Positions 55,549 through 64,000 of a stretch of DNA of 64,000 nt are shown one piece after another. The notes under the pieces are model-generated. The model saw nothing but the letters and a program-made list of their open reading frames with translations, was not told the origin of the DNA and ran no database searches. The DNA is taken from contig CAXXIA010000002.1 of assembly GCA_963666985.2 (NCBI GenBank), positions 608,001 to 672,000 on the forward strand, read 5' to 3'. The stretch comes from Spirochaetia bacterium. GTDB lineage: Bacteria; Spirochaetota; Spirochaetia; DSM-2461. Both the position numbers and the translations under genes were made by a program. Position 1 is the first letter of the stretch; each line of letters opens with the position of its first letter.

Positions 55549-58053
55549 TTATGTTCCCATCGCGGACGATCCCGATAAAACCGTTCGCAGCGCCTTTCTT
55601 ATCTGTATCATCTTCGGAGGTTTCCCCAGAATCAAATCGACATCATTGGGTATCTCATCGGTATCGTTCATAAGATTGCCCCAGCCCGAAAGCATGATTA
55701 CGGGGGTATCCTTCTTCAGCTGTTTTATCTTTTCCGCAACCTCCCAGCCGTCCATGCCGGGCATTCCCAAATCCGTAATCACAACATCGAAAAAGTCCCC
55801 GCTCTTCACGGCTTCTTCAAACACCGCGATTCCATCGAAACCGCTTTCGACCGATACCGGCGTATGGCCTTCCATTTCGAGGATTTCCTTCAGGCCATCC
55901 CGAACCTTGGAATCATCATCGATGCATAGGATTCGCAGCGGCGGAAGCGGTGAAGACACTTCTTCGGAGATTCTCTCTATTTTCGCTTCTCCGCGAATCG
56001 GAAAGATCAGCCGGATTTTTGTGCCCTTGCCTTCTTTTGTTTCGATTTCCATAGTACCGTTATGCCGTTCCATCGAACCGAAAACCGAAGATAATCCCAG
56101 TCCGGAGCCGCGATTGCCTTTGGTGGTAAAAAAGGGTTCCAGACATTTCTGTTTCTGTTCCTCGGTCATCCCCTTGCCCGTGTCTTCAACCTCCAGAACC
56201 ATCTCCCGGCCGTTTTCAATGACTCTCAGCGTAATTGTTCCGTCTTCGGGCATGGCGTCAACGGCGTTGAAAATGAGGTTCACCAAAGCTTCCCGGATTT
56301 CACTTCTCAGCCCGATCATCGTAGGATTGCTCTGAGGTATGTCCAATTCCATGTTAATCGTAATTCCGTTCTTCTGAGCCAAATCCTGCCAGCGCGGGCG
56401 AGTTATCTCGACGACGTTATCAATCAGTTTCCTAAGGTCGATAGTCTGCAAATCCGACTCGCTTCCGTCTTTCTTCCGGTAAAACAACCGTAATCTGCTG
56501 ATGATGTTCTCTATGTCTCCGGCCGCTACTTGGATAATTTTCAGAAAACGTTTGCCTCTTTCGCTTAAGTTCAACTCGCTTTCAAGAAGGGCCTCTGCGT
56601 AAAGGGTTATGGGAGCCAGTGTGTTGTTGATATCGTGAGCGATTCCGCTGGCCATTTGCCCCATGGCATTCAAGCGTTCGTGCTCCAGCATAACGTCTTG
56701 AGCCCGTTTAAGCTGTTCATATGACTCTTGGAGTTCCGTGAATATTTCTTCCTTGATATACGAAACACTGATATCGCCGGCCACTCCGCTTAAAAAACTC
56801 CTCTCATATTCCCCAAAGGAATCACAATCCGTAAACGCAAGAACAATTTTTCCCCTTTCGCTCCTATCGGCGACTATCGGCAGAGAAACAACCGATCGAA
56901 TTCCGTATGAGGAAAGTTTTTCCGATAACGACATCTCCAGTTCGTCCACGGAAACGATGCGTATGCCTCTCAAGGAAGAAGCGGTACTCCCGTTATTGTT
57001 CGAATCAGACGGAGAATCGATATCCGCCGGAAGCGCATAGAGCATCGACGCATCGCCTGTAAAAACGGAATGTTCGGCGGGAAGCCGGGAAATAACTTTA
57101 TTCCGAGTCGTTTTTTCATTATTGATAACAACAAAACCGAACTCATACCCAAAGGTTTTCTTAAGGTGTACAAGAACTTCATCGCAGATACTGGCAAAAT
57201 CGTTTCTCTTGGCAATCTCTCTCGATATTGAACTCCGAATGTTCATCCAGTGAATCTGCTTTTCAAGCTGCCGTTTTCCCTCCACTTGTTTGGTAACATT
57301 ATAAAAAGAAGTGACCACCCCGGATTGCCGCTTCGAATCCGAATCGTTCAGCGGCTGTGAATTGACGGAAATCCACAAGGGAGTTTCATGTGAATCATGA
57401 ATTTCCATTATGACATTTCGCTGAGGTTCTCCCGTTTTGAGCGTAACAACGGAAGGAAAGGTTTCCCGCGAAAAGGGAGAACCATCCTCTTTTTTCGCCC
57501 GCGCGTAAAAATCAAAATCGGCAAGCCCTACCCACTGTTCCGCCGTTAATCCCAGGAACTCCTCCGCTCTGGAATTATAAGAAAGGATTCTCCCCTCCAT
57601 ATCCTGTATCAGGATTCCTTCCGCCAAGGAATCGACGACAGCGAAATAGCGGTCTCTCATGCTCCACAATTCTTTGTAGCTGTCCGCGATGCTCGAAATG
57701 TCCATTATTGTAGCCAGAACAAACGGAGTGTTATCCACCTCCAACGGAGCCATTCTGATATGCAGGGGGATTTCCCGGCCGTCTTTACAAACACCGATAT
57801 CCTGCGTCGGTATAGTAATATCCTGAAATCTTTTTTCCTTTAATTTTTGTTTTATGACTTCGGAGCCCTTCGGAAGCAGAACCTTTAACGGCTTTCCAAT
57901 CAGCCCTTTCGTTTTCATACCAAAAATACGTTCCGTTCTCGAATTAACGGCGATAATGGTTCCTTGACGGTCTATGATCAGAGCGCCTTGCGGAAGGATT
58001 TCAAGAAGATCGACGGCTGTTTTTTTTTCGAGAAAATCGGCATCTGTTTTCAC
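55549..58053 (-). CDS. Cytoplasmic PAS-PAS-GAF hybrid histidine kinase with REC
   Basis: Two PAS domains, GAF-like segment, GIAHDINNTL, NLIFNAVDA, DTGKGM, FFTTK, GSGLGL, IDDD...TDLGMP. Confidence 0.92.
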   Translation of the reverse strand: MKTDADFLEKKTAVDLLEILPQGALIIDRQGTIIAVNSRTERIFGMKTKGLIGKPLKVLLPKGSEVIKQKLKEKRFQDITIPTQDIGVCKDGREIPLHIRMAPLEVDNTPFVLATIMDISSIADSYKELWSMRDRYFAVVDSLAEGILIQDMEGRILSYNSRAEEFLGLTAEQWVGLADFDFYARAKKEDGSPFSRETFPSVVTLKTGEPQRNVIMEIHDSHETPLWISVNSQPLNDSDSKRQSGVVTSFYNVTKQVEGKRQLEKQIHWMNIRSSISREIAKRNDFASICDEVLVHLKKTFGYEFGFVVINNEKTTRNKVISRLPAEHSVFTGDASMLYALPADIDSPSDSNNNGSTASSLRGIRIVSVDELEMSLSEKLSSYGIRSVVSLPIVADRSERGKIVLAFTDCDSFGEYERSFLSGVAGDISVSYIKEEIFTELQESYEQLKRAQDVMLEHERLNAMGQMASGIAHDINNTLAPITLYAEALLESELNLSERGKRFLKIIQVAAGDIENIISRLRLFYRKKDGSESDLQTIDLRKLIDNVVEITRPRWQDLAQKNGITINMELDIPQSNPTMIGLRSEIREALVNLIFNAVDAMPEDGTITLRVIENGREMVLEVEDTGKGMTEEQKQKCLEPFFTTKGNRGSGLGLSSVFGSMERHNGTMEIETKEGKGTKIRLIFPIRGEAKIERISEEVSSPLPPLRILCIDDDSKVRDGLKEILEMEGHTPVSVESGFDGIAVFEEAVKSGDFFDVVITDLGMPGMDGWEVAEKIKQLKKDTPVIMLSGWGNLMNDTDEIPNDVDLILGKPPKMIQIRKALRTVLSGSSAMGT

Positions 58054-58199
58054 CGGACGCCTCCTGAATCGATAATTCGAAAGGACTGCGAAAGAAAAGC
58101 CGAATCTAAGTATAGTCTTAATTCTTTAATTTTGCGAAAAGACGCCCAACAGCTGTGTGGAAAGATTTGGTTTGCGGGCGAAACCTCACCGCCGCGATG

Positions 58200-58853
58200 T
58201 TACAGCCCCAAATCCTCATTAATCAGCACTACGGTCGTGCGCTTCGGAGGAAAGGACTTCTCGGTAATCGTCCAGTTATTGCAGATCCGATCATCGGAAG
58301 AACAATTATGGCAGGAAGCGGTTTTCACGCAAGGCGTCTTCATGCCCAAACGAATGCAGTTCGCCGGAGCGGCATGAGAACGCACCCGCTCCATCGCGTC
58401 GAACAAATCCGGACAAATTTTATTCCGTCCCACAAGAACCACCACTTTCTTCGGCCCGAAGGTCAGCGCGGCGACACGGTTTCCAATCATATCCAGGTTA
58501 ACCAAAACGCCGTCCTCGGTAACAGCGTTCGCACTCAAGAAATAGAGGTCGCTTGTCAGAGCCTGCCGGCGCCGTCTGAATTTCTCCGCGGCGGAAATTC
58601 CCTTCTCGTTTATTGAAATAACTTCCCAGTCCGGACTCTCATGGAACCATTTGGCCACATGACATTCGCCCACGGTAACGGAACCTCCCCAGGAAACCAC
58701 ACCGCTTCCGAGAGGCGGAACAATATTCTCAAAAACAATACGATGAGCCTCTTCCGTATTCTCCGCGATATAAGCCTCGAATCGATTCTCTTCAAGAGCT
58801 CTTTTAACATTCTGAAGTTTCAATGTCCACAATTCCCGTACGGCTTCAATCAT
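58200..58853 (-). CDS. LUD-domain (lactate utilization B/C-like) protein
   Basis: GGSVT, SANAVTEDG.LVNLD..GNRV, FGPK, GRNKI, Cys-rich PC..T..C.NC...RIC; start set to the ATG at 58853. Confidence 0.88.
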   Translation of the reverse strand: MIEAVRELWTLKLQNVKRALEENRFEAYIAENTEEAHRIVFENIVPPLGSGVVSWGGSVTVGECHVAKWFHESPDWEVISINEKGISAAEKFRRRRQALTSDLYFLSANAVTEDGVLVNLDMIGNRVAALTFGPKKVVVLVGRNKICPDLFDAMERVRSHAAPANCIRLGMKTPCVKTASCHNCSSDDRICNNWTITEKSFPPKRTTVVLINEDLGL

Positions 58854-58940
58854 CGCAACACTCCCGATATCAGTATGATCAATATCGCCGTGAAAGGATA
58901 CAGGCGGCAAGTCCCCGAGACGCATCAGCTAATCAGACTT

Positions 58941-59780
58941 TTATAACCGCCGTGCGGAAAACGGATTAAGTTCCTGATTTTCCCTGATATATTTTTCCCG
59001 ATCCGCAGCCGTTCGCTTAAAAAATAAAGCGGTTTCCGCCTGGGTTTGCCCCAGCATACTGGGCAATCTGCAGAATTCATGCAGATGATGAGGATAAAGA
59101 TGAAGTTCGGCCGCGGCTCCGCACGCGATTAAAGCGTCGAACATCTTTCGGCTGGCTTTATAGGGAACAGTCTTGTCGTCTATTCCATGCAGAAAAAAGG
59201 TCGGCGGAAAATCTTGTGAAGCCAATGTCAAAGGACTGGCCTTTTGGACATCCTCCTGCGTATACGAATCTCCCAAAAGAATGGAAGGATGCCCCGCGCC
59301 GTCCGCATCATCCTTGTCGGAAAACTCGACCGGCGGGAAGAAAGCCGCGACCGCGGCGATTTCATCGGAAACCTCACCATCGCCGCTTCCGATATATTCC
59401 TTTCGGTTCGGTGTGCCTCCGGCCATTAAAGCCAGATGCCCGCCCGCGGAGAAACCTTCCAACACGATTTTTCCGGGATCAATTTCCAAATCTTTCGCAT
59501 GGCTCCTGGCCCAGCGAACGGCCGACTTCACGTCTTCAAGCGCCGCCGGCCAAGGAGATTCGTCAATCAGCCGGTATTCGGAAGCCAACACGGTAAAACC
59601 ATGCGAGGTAAGTTCGGGGGCGTAAATCTCCACCATGGATTTATCACCGATACGCCATCCGCCGCCGTGAAGCAGAATAACGGCCGTCCGGGTTTGCTCG
59701 GGATTCTCCGGTTTGTAGAGATCCAAATGCAGCGGCCGCCCGCCGCCCGATCCGAATTCGATGTTCTTCTCCGTCTTCAT
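58941..59780 (-). CDS. Alpha/beta hydrolase (HSL-family esterase)
   Basis: HGGGW, YRL, GFSAGGHL, HGIDDKTV, H. Confidence 0.9.
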   Translation of the reverse strand: MKTEKNIEFGSGGGRPLHLDLYKPENPEQTRTAVILLHGGGWRIGDKSMVEIYAPELTSHGFTVLASEYRLIDESPWPAALEDVKSAVRWARSHAKDLEIDPGKIVLEGFSAGGHLALMAGGTPNRKEYIGSGDGEVSDEIAAVAAFFPPVEFSDKDDADGAGHPSILLGDSYTQEDVQKASPLTLASQDFPPTFFLHGIDDKTVPYKASRKMFDALIACGAAAELHLYPHHLHEFCRLPSMLGQTQAETALFFKRTAADREKYIRENQELNPFSARRL

Positions 59781-60070
59781 TATTCCGCCGCCCCCGCCGA
59801 CGGCTGAATTTTCTTCTTATCCAAAAAATAATTCCTTACATACAGACAAATATCCGCACCGACCAATACCGCATTCAGGCCGTAAAGATAGATGACATAA
59901 TCATAATTGCAAAATCGTTTATAAATAATTCCGGAAAGATACCCAATAAGAATAACGATGAGAAAAAAAAGACTTTTCCCCGAATTCGTTCTTGATGCCC
60001 ATGATTTGTATATGGAAAGCGGCCAGGCCGAACCGAAACAGACCAACATGATTATTTCAAAGATTTTCAT
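59780..60070 (-). CDS. Small 3-TM PQ-loop/SemiSWEET-like membrane protein
   Basis: FGSAWPLSIYKS..SRT..GKS and three hydrophobic helices; start set to the ATG at 60070. Confidence 0.65.
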   Translation of the reverse strand: MKIFEIIMLVCFGSAWPLSIYKSWASRTNSGKSLFFLIVILIGYLSGIIYKRFCNYDYVIYLYGLNAVLVGADICLYVRNYFLDKKKIQPSAGAAE

Positions 60071-60158
60071 AAAAAAATGGTACCAAAGATCACTCTTTTG
60101 ATACATCTGCTCCTTTTAAAACTCCGATGTAATCCGATTAAATAATAACGAAAAGTAC

Positions 60159-61112
60159 TTACGGACTATTAAGGAATCCGTCGATAAACTCCATCTTTTT
60201 CCATGTATGGAAAGGGCCTCCGCCGTCATGTTCCCCACATGGATAAACGCTGATTTCTTTCTTTGACTTGATTTTGTTATAAGCGGCGAAAACAGTCTCG
60301 GGAGGACAAATCCCGTCATGCAGGGCCGTGGAAACCAGTACCGGACATTGAATGCTCTCCGCGAAATTGATGTTATCAAAATACGATAGTGTATTGAGAA
60401 TTGTTTCCAATTGGTCCGGATGCTTTCTGATTTTCTCGGAAACGGAGGCCATTGAGCCGGTTCTATCCAACAGACGCTTTTCAAACCAGGAATTGCCGGG
60501 AACATCGGCAAGGCACAGCGAGATTTTGTCGGATAAACCCGCAACCGTTAAGGCAATCCCGCCGCCTTGGCTGTTCCCGTCGATGATTATTCGGTCCTTG
60601 TCGAGATCTCCGCGCTTCCATGCATAGTCCACAGCCCTTAAAGCGTCGGAAATAATGAATTTATGATAATACGTTTCTTTATCACCGATTCCGAACGCAT
60701 AAAGGTTGGTTTCCGATGAACCGGTAAAACCCGTCCGCGAGCCGGTCGTTCCGCCCTGCATTCGAAAATCAGGAGCTATAACGGCACATCCCATCAAAAG
60801 CCAATGCGCATAGTCGAAAGGAAGCCCTCGGCTCTCCCCATACCCATGAAAATGGATAATAACAGGAATTTTCGAATCGGCTTTCGGCCGAAGGAACCAG
60901 AGAAAGACGGGAGTGCCGTCGATGCCGTCAATAACGACTTCGTCGACAAGAATCTCTTGAAACGGATACGCGATTCTTCTTTCTTCTGCATGAAGAGGCT
61001 TTTCTCCGGATTCTTTAAGAACTCCGCTCCAGAATTCATCGAAATCCGCCTTTTTTGTCGAAGGTACATCGAGACCCTCAAGCTCCTTCAGTTTCTGAGA
61101 AAACAAATCCAT
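60159..61112 (-). CDS. Acetylxylan esterase/cephalosporin-C deacetylase (CE7)
   Basis: DFDEFW, FHGY, RMQG, GNSQGG, D.ICPP.T.FAAYN, H. Confidence 0.9.
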   Translation of the reverse strand: MDLFSQKLKELEGLDVPSTKKADFDEFWSGVLKESGEKPLHAEERRIAYPFQEILVDEVVIDGIDGTPVFLWFLRPKADSKIPVIIHFHGYGESRGLPFDYAHWLLMGCAVIAPDFRMQGGTTGSRTGFTGSSETNLYAFGIGDKETYYHKFIISDALRAVDYAWKRGDLDKDRIIIDGNSQGGGIALTVAGLSDKISLCLADVPGNSWFEKRLLDRTGSMASVSEKIRKHPDQLETILNTLSYFDNINFAESIQCPVLVSTALHDGICPPETVFAAYNKIKSKKEISVYPCGEHDGGGPFHTWKKMEFIDGFLNSP

Positions 61113-61140
61113 GGAGAATCGTCCGTTCCTTTATAATTTC

Positions 61141-61797
61141 CTACAATACACCGAACTTTTCAAACGCTTCGGTTGCCGACATGCCGTTCCGAATGGCCTT
61201 TATCATGGTTTTCTCGGTTCGCGCCTTTTCCAGGGCCAAACGCATAACTTCCTCTACGCACTCCTTCGGAACCACGATAACACCGTCTTCGTCTCCGACG
61301 ATACAATCACCGGGACGAATAAGAACATCACCGATTTCAATATTCACGCGATAATCGACAACGCTCATGCGCGGTCCGGAATCCTGGGCATAAGCACCGC
61401 AGCTGAACACGGAGAAATCCTGTCTTAAGACTTGCGGTGTATCGCGATGAAAACCGTCAACAACAGCCCCCGCGGCACCCCTTGCCTTGGCGGTGGCGGT
61501 CAGGAGTTCTCCCCAATTGGCGCTTCGGTGCATCGCGCCCGCGGCCACATACACTTCATTGCGTTCCAGAGAATCAAGCGCTTGAGTGAGTTTCCCAAAC
61601 GGCTGCCGCTGGTGTCCGTAAACATCCATCATCAATACGGGCATCGCGAATCCCGCTATTTTCATCTCCGGCCGAACAGGATGCAGATAGGACGGAAGGA
61701 ACTGATGAAAAAGTCCCATCGTATCCAGAATATCGCCTATTACCGGCGTGTATAACTCGTCACGAATCATCGTGAGCATTTCAACATCCAAAGCCAT
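61141..61797 (-). CDS. RraA-family/HMG-aldolase-like protein
   Basis: GDILD, WGELL, GAVVDGFHRD, PGDCIVGDEDGVIVVP. Confidence 0.88.
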   Translation of the reverse strand: MALDVEMLTMIRDELYTPVIGDILDTMGLFHQFLPSYLHPVRPEMKIAGFAMPVLMMDVYGHQRQPFGKLTQALDSLERNEVYVAAGAMHRSANWGELLTATAKARGAAGAVVDGFHRDTPQVLRQDFSVFSCGAYAQDSGPRMSVVDYRVNIEIGDVLIRPGDCIVGDEDGVIVVPKECVEEVMRLALEKARTEKTMIKAIRNGMSATEAFEKFGVL

Positions 61798-61800
61798 GGT

Positions 61801-62658
61801 TTAACCTTTCTTCAAGAGTTCGGACGATGGAATCATAAAAATCCCGCCCGCGTCGGGCTGCTTCGCCCGGTCCGACCCCGCGATTCCCCGTCCTGCGGTC
61901 GTTATGTATAAATCACCGTTTTCATGAAAACAGCAGCTTGTTACAAAAGAGGCGGGAACATCATACTCCCGCAGCCTTACGGGTTTTAGACTGTCCCAAA
62001 CACTGATTTTCCACCCGTTATAATGAGCAATCCATAAATTGTCGTTTTCATCGACAGTCATTCCGTCCGGCAGTCCGTCGTCGATATGAATCCAATTCGC
62101 ACCGTGAAGGAAACGGCCGTTCTGAGCATCGAAATCATACCGAGAAACCGTATGCGCGGAAGAATCGATAAGAAAAGCCAGCGTACCGTCTTTGTTCCAT
62201 ACCAGTCCGTTCGGAATGCTCAGTCCGGATAAAACCGTATCGATTTGTCCGTTTTCAAGTGATATTCGATACAGTTTCCCGGCACCGGGACGAAGTTCGT
62301 TGGACATGGAACCTATATACAAAGCGCCGTCCGGCCCGATGCCGCCGTCGTTCAGTCTTAAATCCGCATTTTCCCGGACAATCTCGGCAATAAGATGCTT
62401 CCCGCCGCTCGCGATATCAACGCGATAAATGCTCATCCCCGCCGCGACCAGATAGTCGTTCCGCCCTCCGCCGGGCATCGGAGCGACATAAGTAACATAT
62501 TCATCCCACCGCATCGATCCGGTAACGGACACAAGGTCGTCCGACCAAAACAAGGCCATGCCCTCAATATCAACCCATAAAAGACGCCGGTTCCCGGCAT
62601 CCCAGATTATTCCCTCGGCAAGCTGGTGCCGGCCGAAATTCTTACACGAATGCATCAC
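61801..62658 (-). CDS. SMP-30/gluconolactonase family protein
   Basis: LAEG..W, WVDI, RLNDG, IPNGL.W, PDGMTVD, TSCCF, LYITTA. Confidence 0.92.
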   Translation of the reverse strand: MMHSCKNFGRHQLAEGIIWDAGNRRLLWVDIEGMALFWSDDLVSVTGSMRWDEYVTYVAPMPGGGRNDYLVAAGMSIYRVDIASGGKHLIAEIVRENADLRLNDGGIGPDGALYIGSMSNELRPGAGKLYRISLENGQIDTVLSGLSIPNGLVWNKDGTLAFLIDSSAHTVSRYDFDAQNGRFLHGANWIHIDDGLPDGMTVDENDNLWIAHYNGWKISVWDSLKPVRLREYDVPASFVTSCCFHENGDLYITTAGRGIAGSDRAKQPDAGGIFMIPSSELLKKG

Positions 62659-63422
62659 GGTCTATACCTCAATAAATTGTGCATATATCCGCCGTCCACA
62701 TAGATCGTGGAGCCGGTCGAATATCCCGATCCCGAAGAAAGAAGCAGAACGACAGTCGCCGCAAGATCTTTTGCTTTTCCGATCTTTCCCATCGGAATCC
62801 AATTTTCGAACTTCTCCCGACCAACTGCGTCAATCACTTCACTGTTGATTTCCGTTTCTATGGCGCCGGGAGCAAGATTATTCACCCTGATGCCCAAGGG
62901 CGCCAATTCAACCGCCGCCGTCTTCGTATACATGGCCAGCGCCGCCTTCGTTGCGGAATAGACGGCGTTGTGCGGATAAGGAACCTGATCGTGTATCGAG
63001 GTGACATTGATGATTGCCGCGTTCTCGGATTTCTTCAGCATAGCCAGCAGACTCTCAATCAGCAGTATCGGCGCGACGAGATTAACCTGCAAAGAAGCTT
63101 CCAGAACTTCCCGATCGATTTTACCGACCGCTCTGACGCTTTCCATACCCGCATTATTGATTATCGCGTCAAGATGATCGGTCTCCGATGTGATTTTTTC
63201 GGCGATGGCGTCGACTTCGGACGGAACTCCGAGATCGCCCGAAACCCATCGGCATCCCAGAGAATCCGCGACACGCTTCGCGTCGCTCTCATTACGGCCG
63301 TGCACCCAGATGTCCATTCCGAGATCCACAAGCACTCCGGCCAATTCCCTGCCTATTCCGCGGGTGCTTCCCGTAATAAGACAGCGCGCGCCTTCCACCG
63401 ATATCAGTTCATCAACTTTCAT
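62655..63422 (-). CDS. Short-chain dehydrogenase/reductase (sugar dehydrogenase-like)
   Basis: TGSTRGIG, NNAG, TSIH, YSATK, VDGG. Confidence 0.93.
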   Translation of the reverse strand: MKVDELISVEGARCLITGSTRGIGRELAGVLVDLGMDIWVHGRNESDAKRVADSLGCRWVSGDLGVPSEVDAIAEKITSETDHLDAIINNAGMESVRAVGKIDREVLEASLQVNLVAPILLIESLLAMLKKSENAAIINVTSIHDQVPYPHNAVYSATKAALAMYTKTAAVELAPLGIRVNNLAPGAIETEINSEVIDAVGREKFENWIPMGKIGKAKDLAATVVLLLSSGSGYSTGSTIYVDGGYMHNLLRYRP

Positions 63423-63428
63423 AAAGCG

Positions 63429-64000
63429 TTACTCCTGAAACGCACGGGAACCCGAACGAAGATAACGCCGTACAACAGCCGGATTCAGTTCAACGCCGAT
63501 CCCCGGAGCATCCGTTAAGGAAACAGAGCCCGGCGAATACCACGAATCCCAGTGAGGTGTTACCAAATCTCCGTAAAAGGGAACATCGGCACCGTGGAAT
63601 TCCATCGCAAGGAAATTCGAAAACGTCGATGAGAACTGAGCCGTCGTCATCATCGCCAGCGGACTGCCGATCATATGGGGCGCGAACGCCATATTGGCCT
63701 CCCCGGCAAGAGTCACGACGGCCGCACTCTCATACAGACCTCCCGATTTCTGCAAATCGGGAGTAACGACATCGCAGGCTGCATGATTAATCAGCGGCTT
63801 AAATCCGCCGATACGCTGATGATTCTCGCCGGTTGCCACGGGCGTGGTGGTTCTTGAACGAATAAATTCCAAGCCTTCAATGTCGGACGCCGGTACCGGA
63901 TCTTCCAGCCATGCAAGCCGATACGGCTCCGCTTCTCGGGCGAAACGCAGCATTTCCTTCGGCCGGTACCGCCAATGGGCGTCGAACGCGATTTCCGTTT
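63429..64000 (-). CDS. Mandelate racemase/enolase-superfamily sugar-acid dehydratase (5'-truncated by window edge)
   Basis: Frame is open to the window end: FDAHW, WLEDP, ATGEN, APH, EFH, PGIGVE. Confidence 0.88.
   Translation of the reverse strand, partial: TEIAFDAHWRYRPKEMLRFAREAEPYRLAWLEDPVPASDIEGLEFIRSRTTTPVATGENHQRIGGFKPLINHAACDVVTPDLQKSGGLYESAAVVTLAGEANMAFAPHMIGSPLAMMTTAQFSSTFSNFLAMEFHGADVPFYGDLVTPHWDSWYSPGSVSLTDAPGIGVELNPAVVRRYLRSGSRAFQE

Noticed and set aside
1..64000. CRISPR arrays, tRNA/rRNA genes, prophage or defence genes
   Set aside because: No regularly spaced repeats, cloverleafs or hallmark proteins were seen; GGTTCGAATC matches fall inside coding sequence.

Overview
GC-rich bacterial chromosomal window, most likely from a spirochaete: both solute-binding proteins carry the '(F/Y)AGGxxE' signal-peptide ending typical of Spirochaetia (inference). 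It is densely coding, with about 55 genes, and I found no rRNA, tRNA, CRISPR array, transposase or integrase. From left to right: (1) a purine-use operon with a GntR/UTRA regulator, xdhAB, a BMP-family binding protein and a nucleoside ABC transporter; (2) a FadR-regulated six-gene operon encoding a BON-fused GlpA-like dehydrogenase, an NAD(P)H oxidoreductase, a DUF1667 protein, an FGGY kinase, an alkyl-DHAP-synthase-like flavoprotein and a beta-propeller lipoprotein; (3) an AT-richer catabolic islet (SDR, tandem Lrp/AsnC, SnoaL-like protein, TRAP transporter, GlcG-like protein); (4) an RDD-SpoIIM-DUF4129-DUF4350-MoxR-DUF58 cluster; (5) pdxST and rarD; (6) a FapA-like gene paired with a stand-alone MotA-loop-like gene; (7) an amidohydrolase and Lrp plus gcvT-H-PA-PB; (8) a class 3 lipase and a 7TM-DISM kinase-REC-LuxR fusion; (9) arsC, transporters and a PAS kinase/HD-GYP pair; (10) the end of a non-phosphorylative sugar-acid catabolic operon. 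The best candidates for undescribed systems are a putative anaerobic glycerol-ether (alkylglycerol) pathway at 8.2-18.5 kb and a putative flagellar-motor modulator pair at 38.9-40.5 kb. All family assignments come from motif recognition by eye; no database searches were run.
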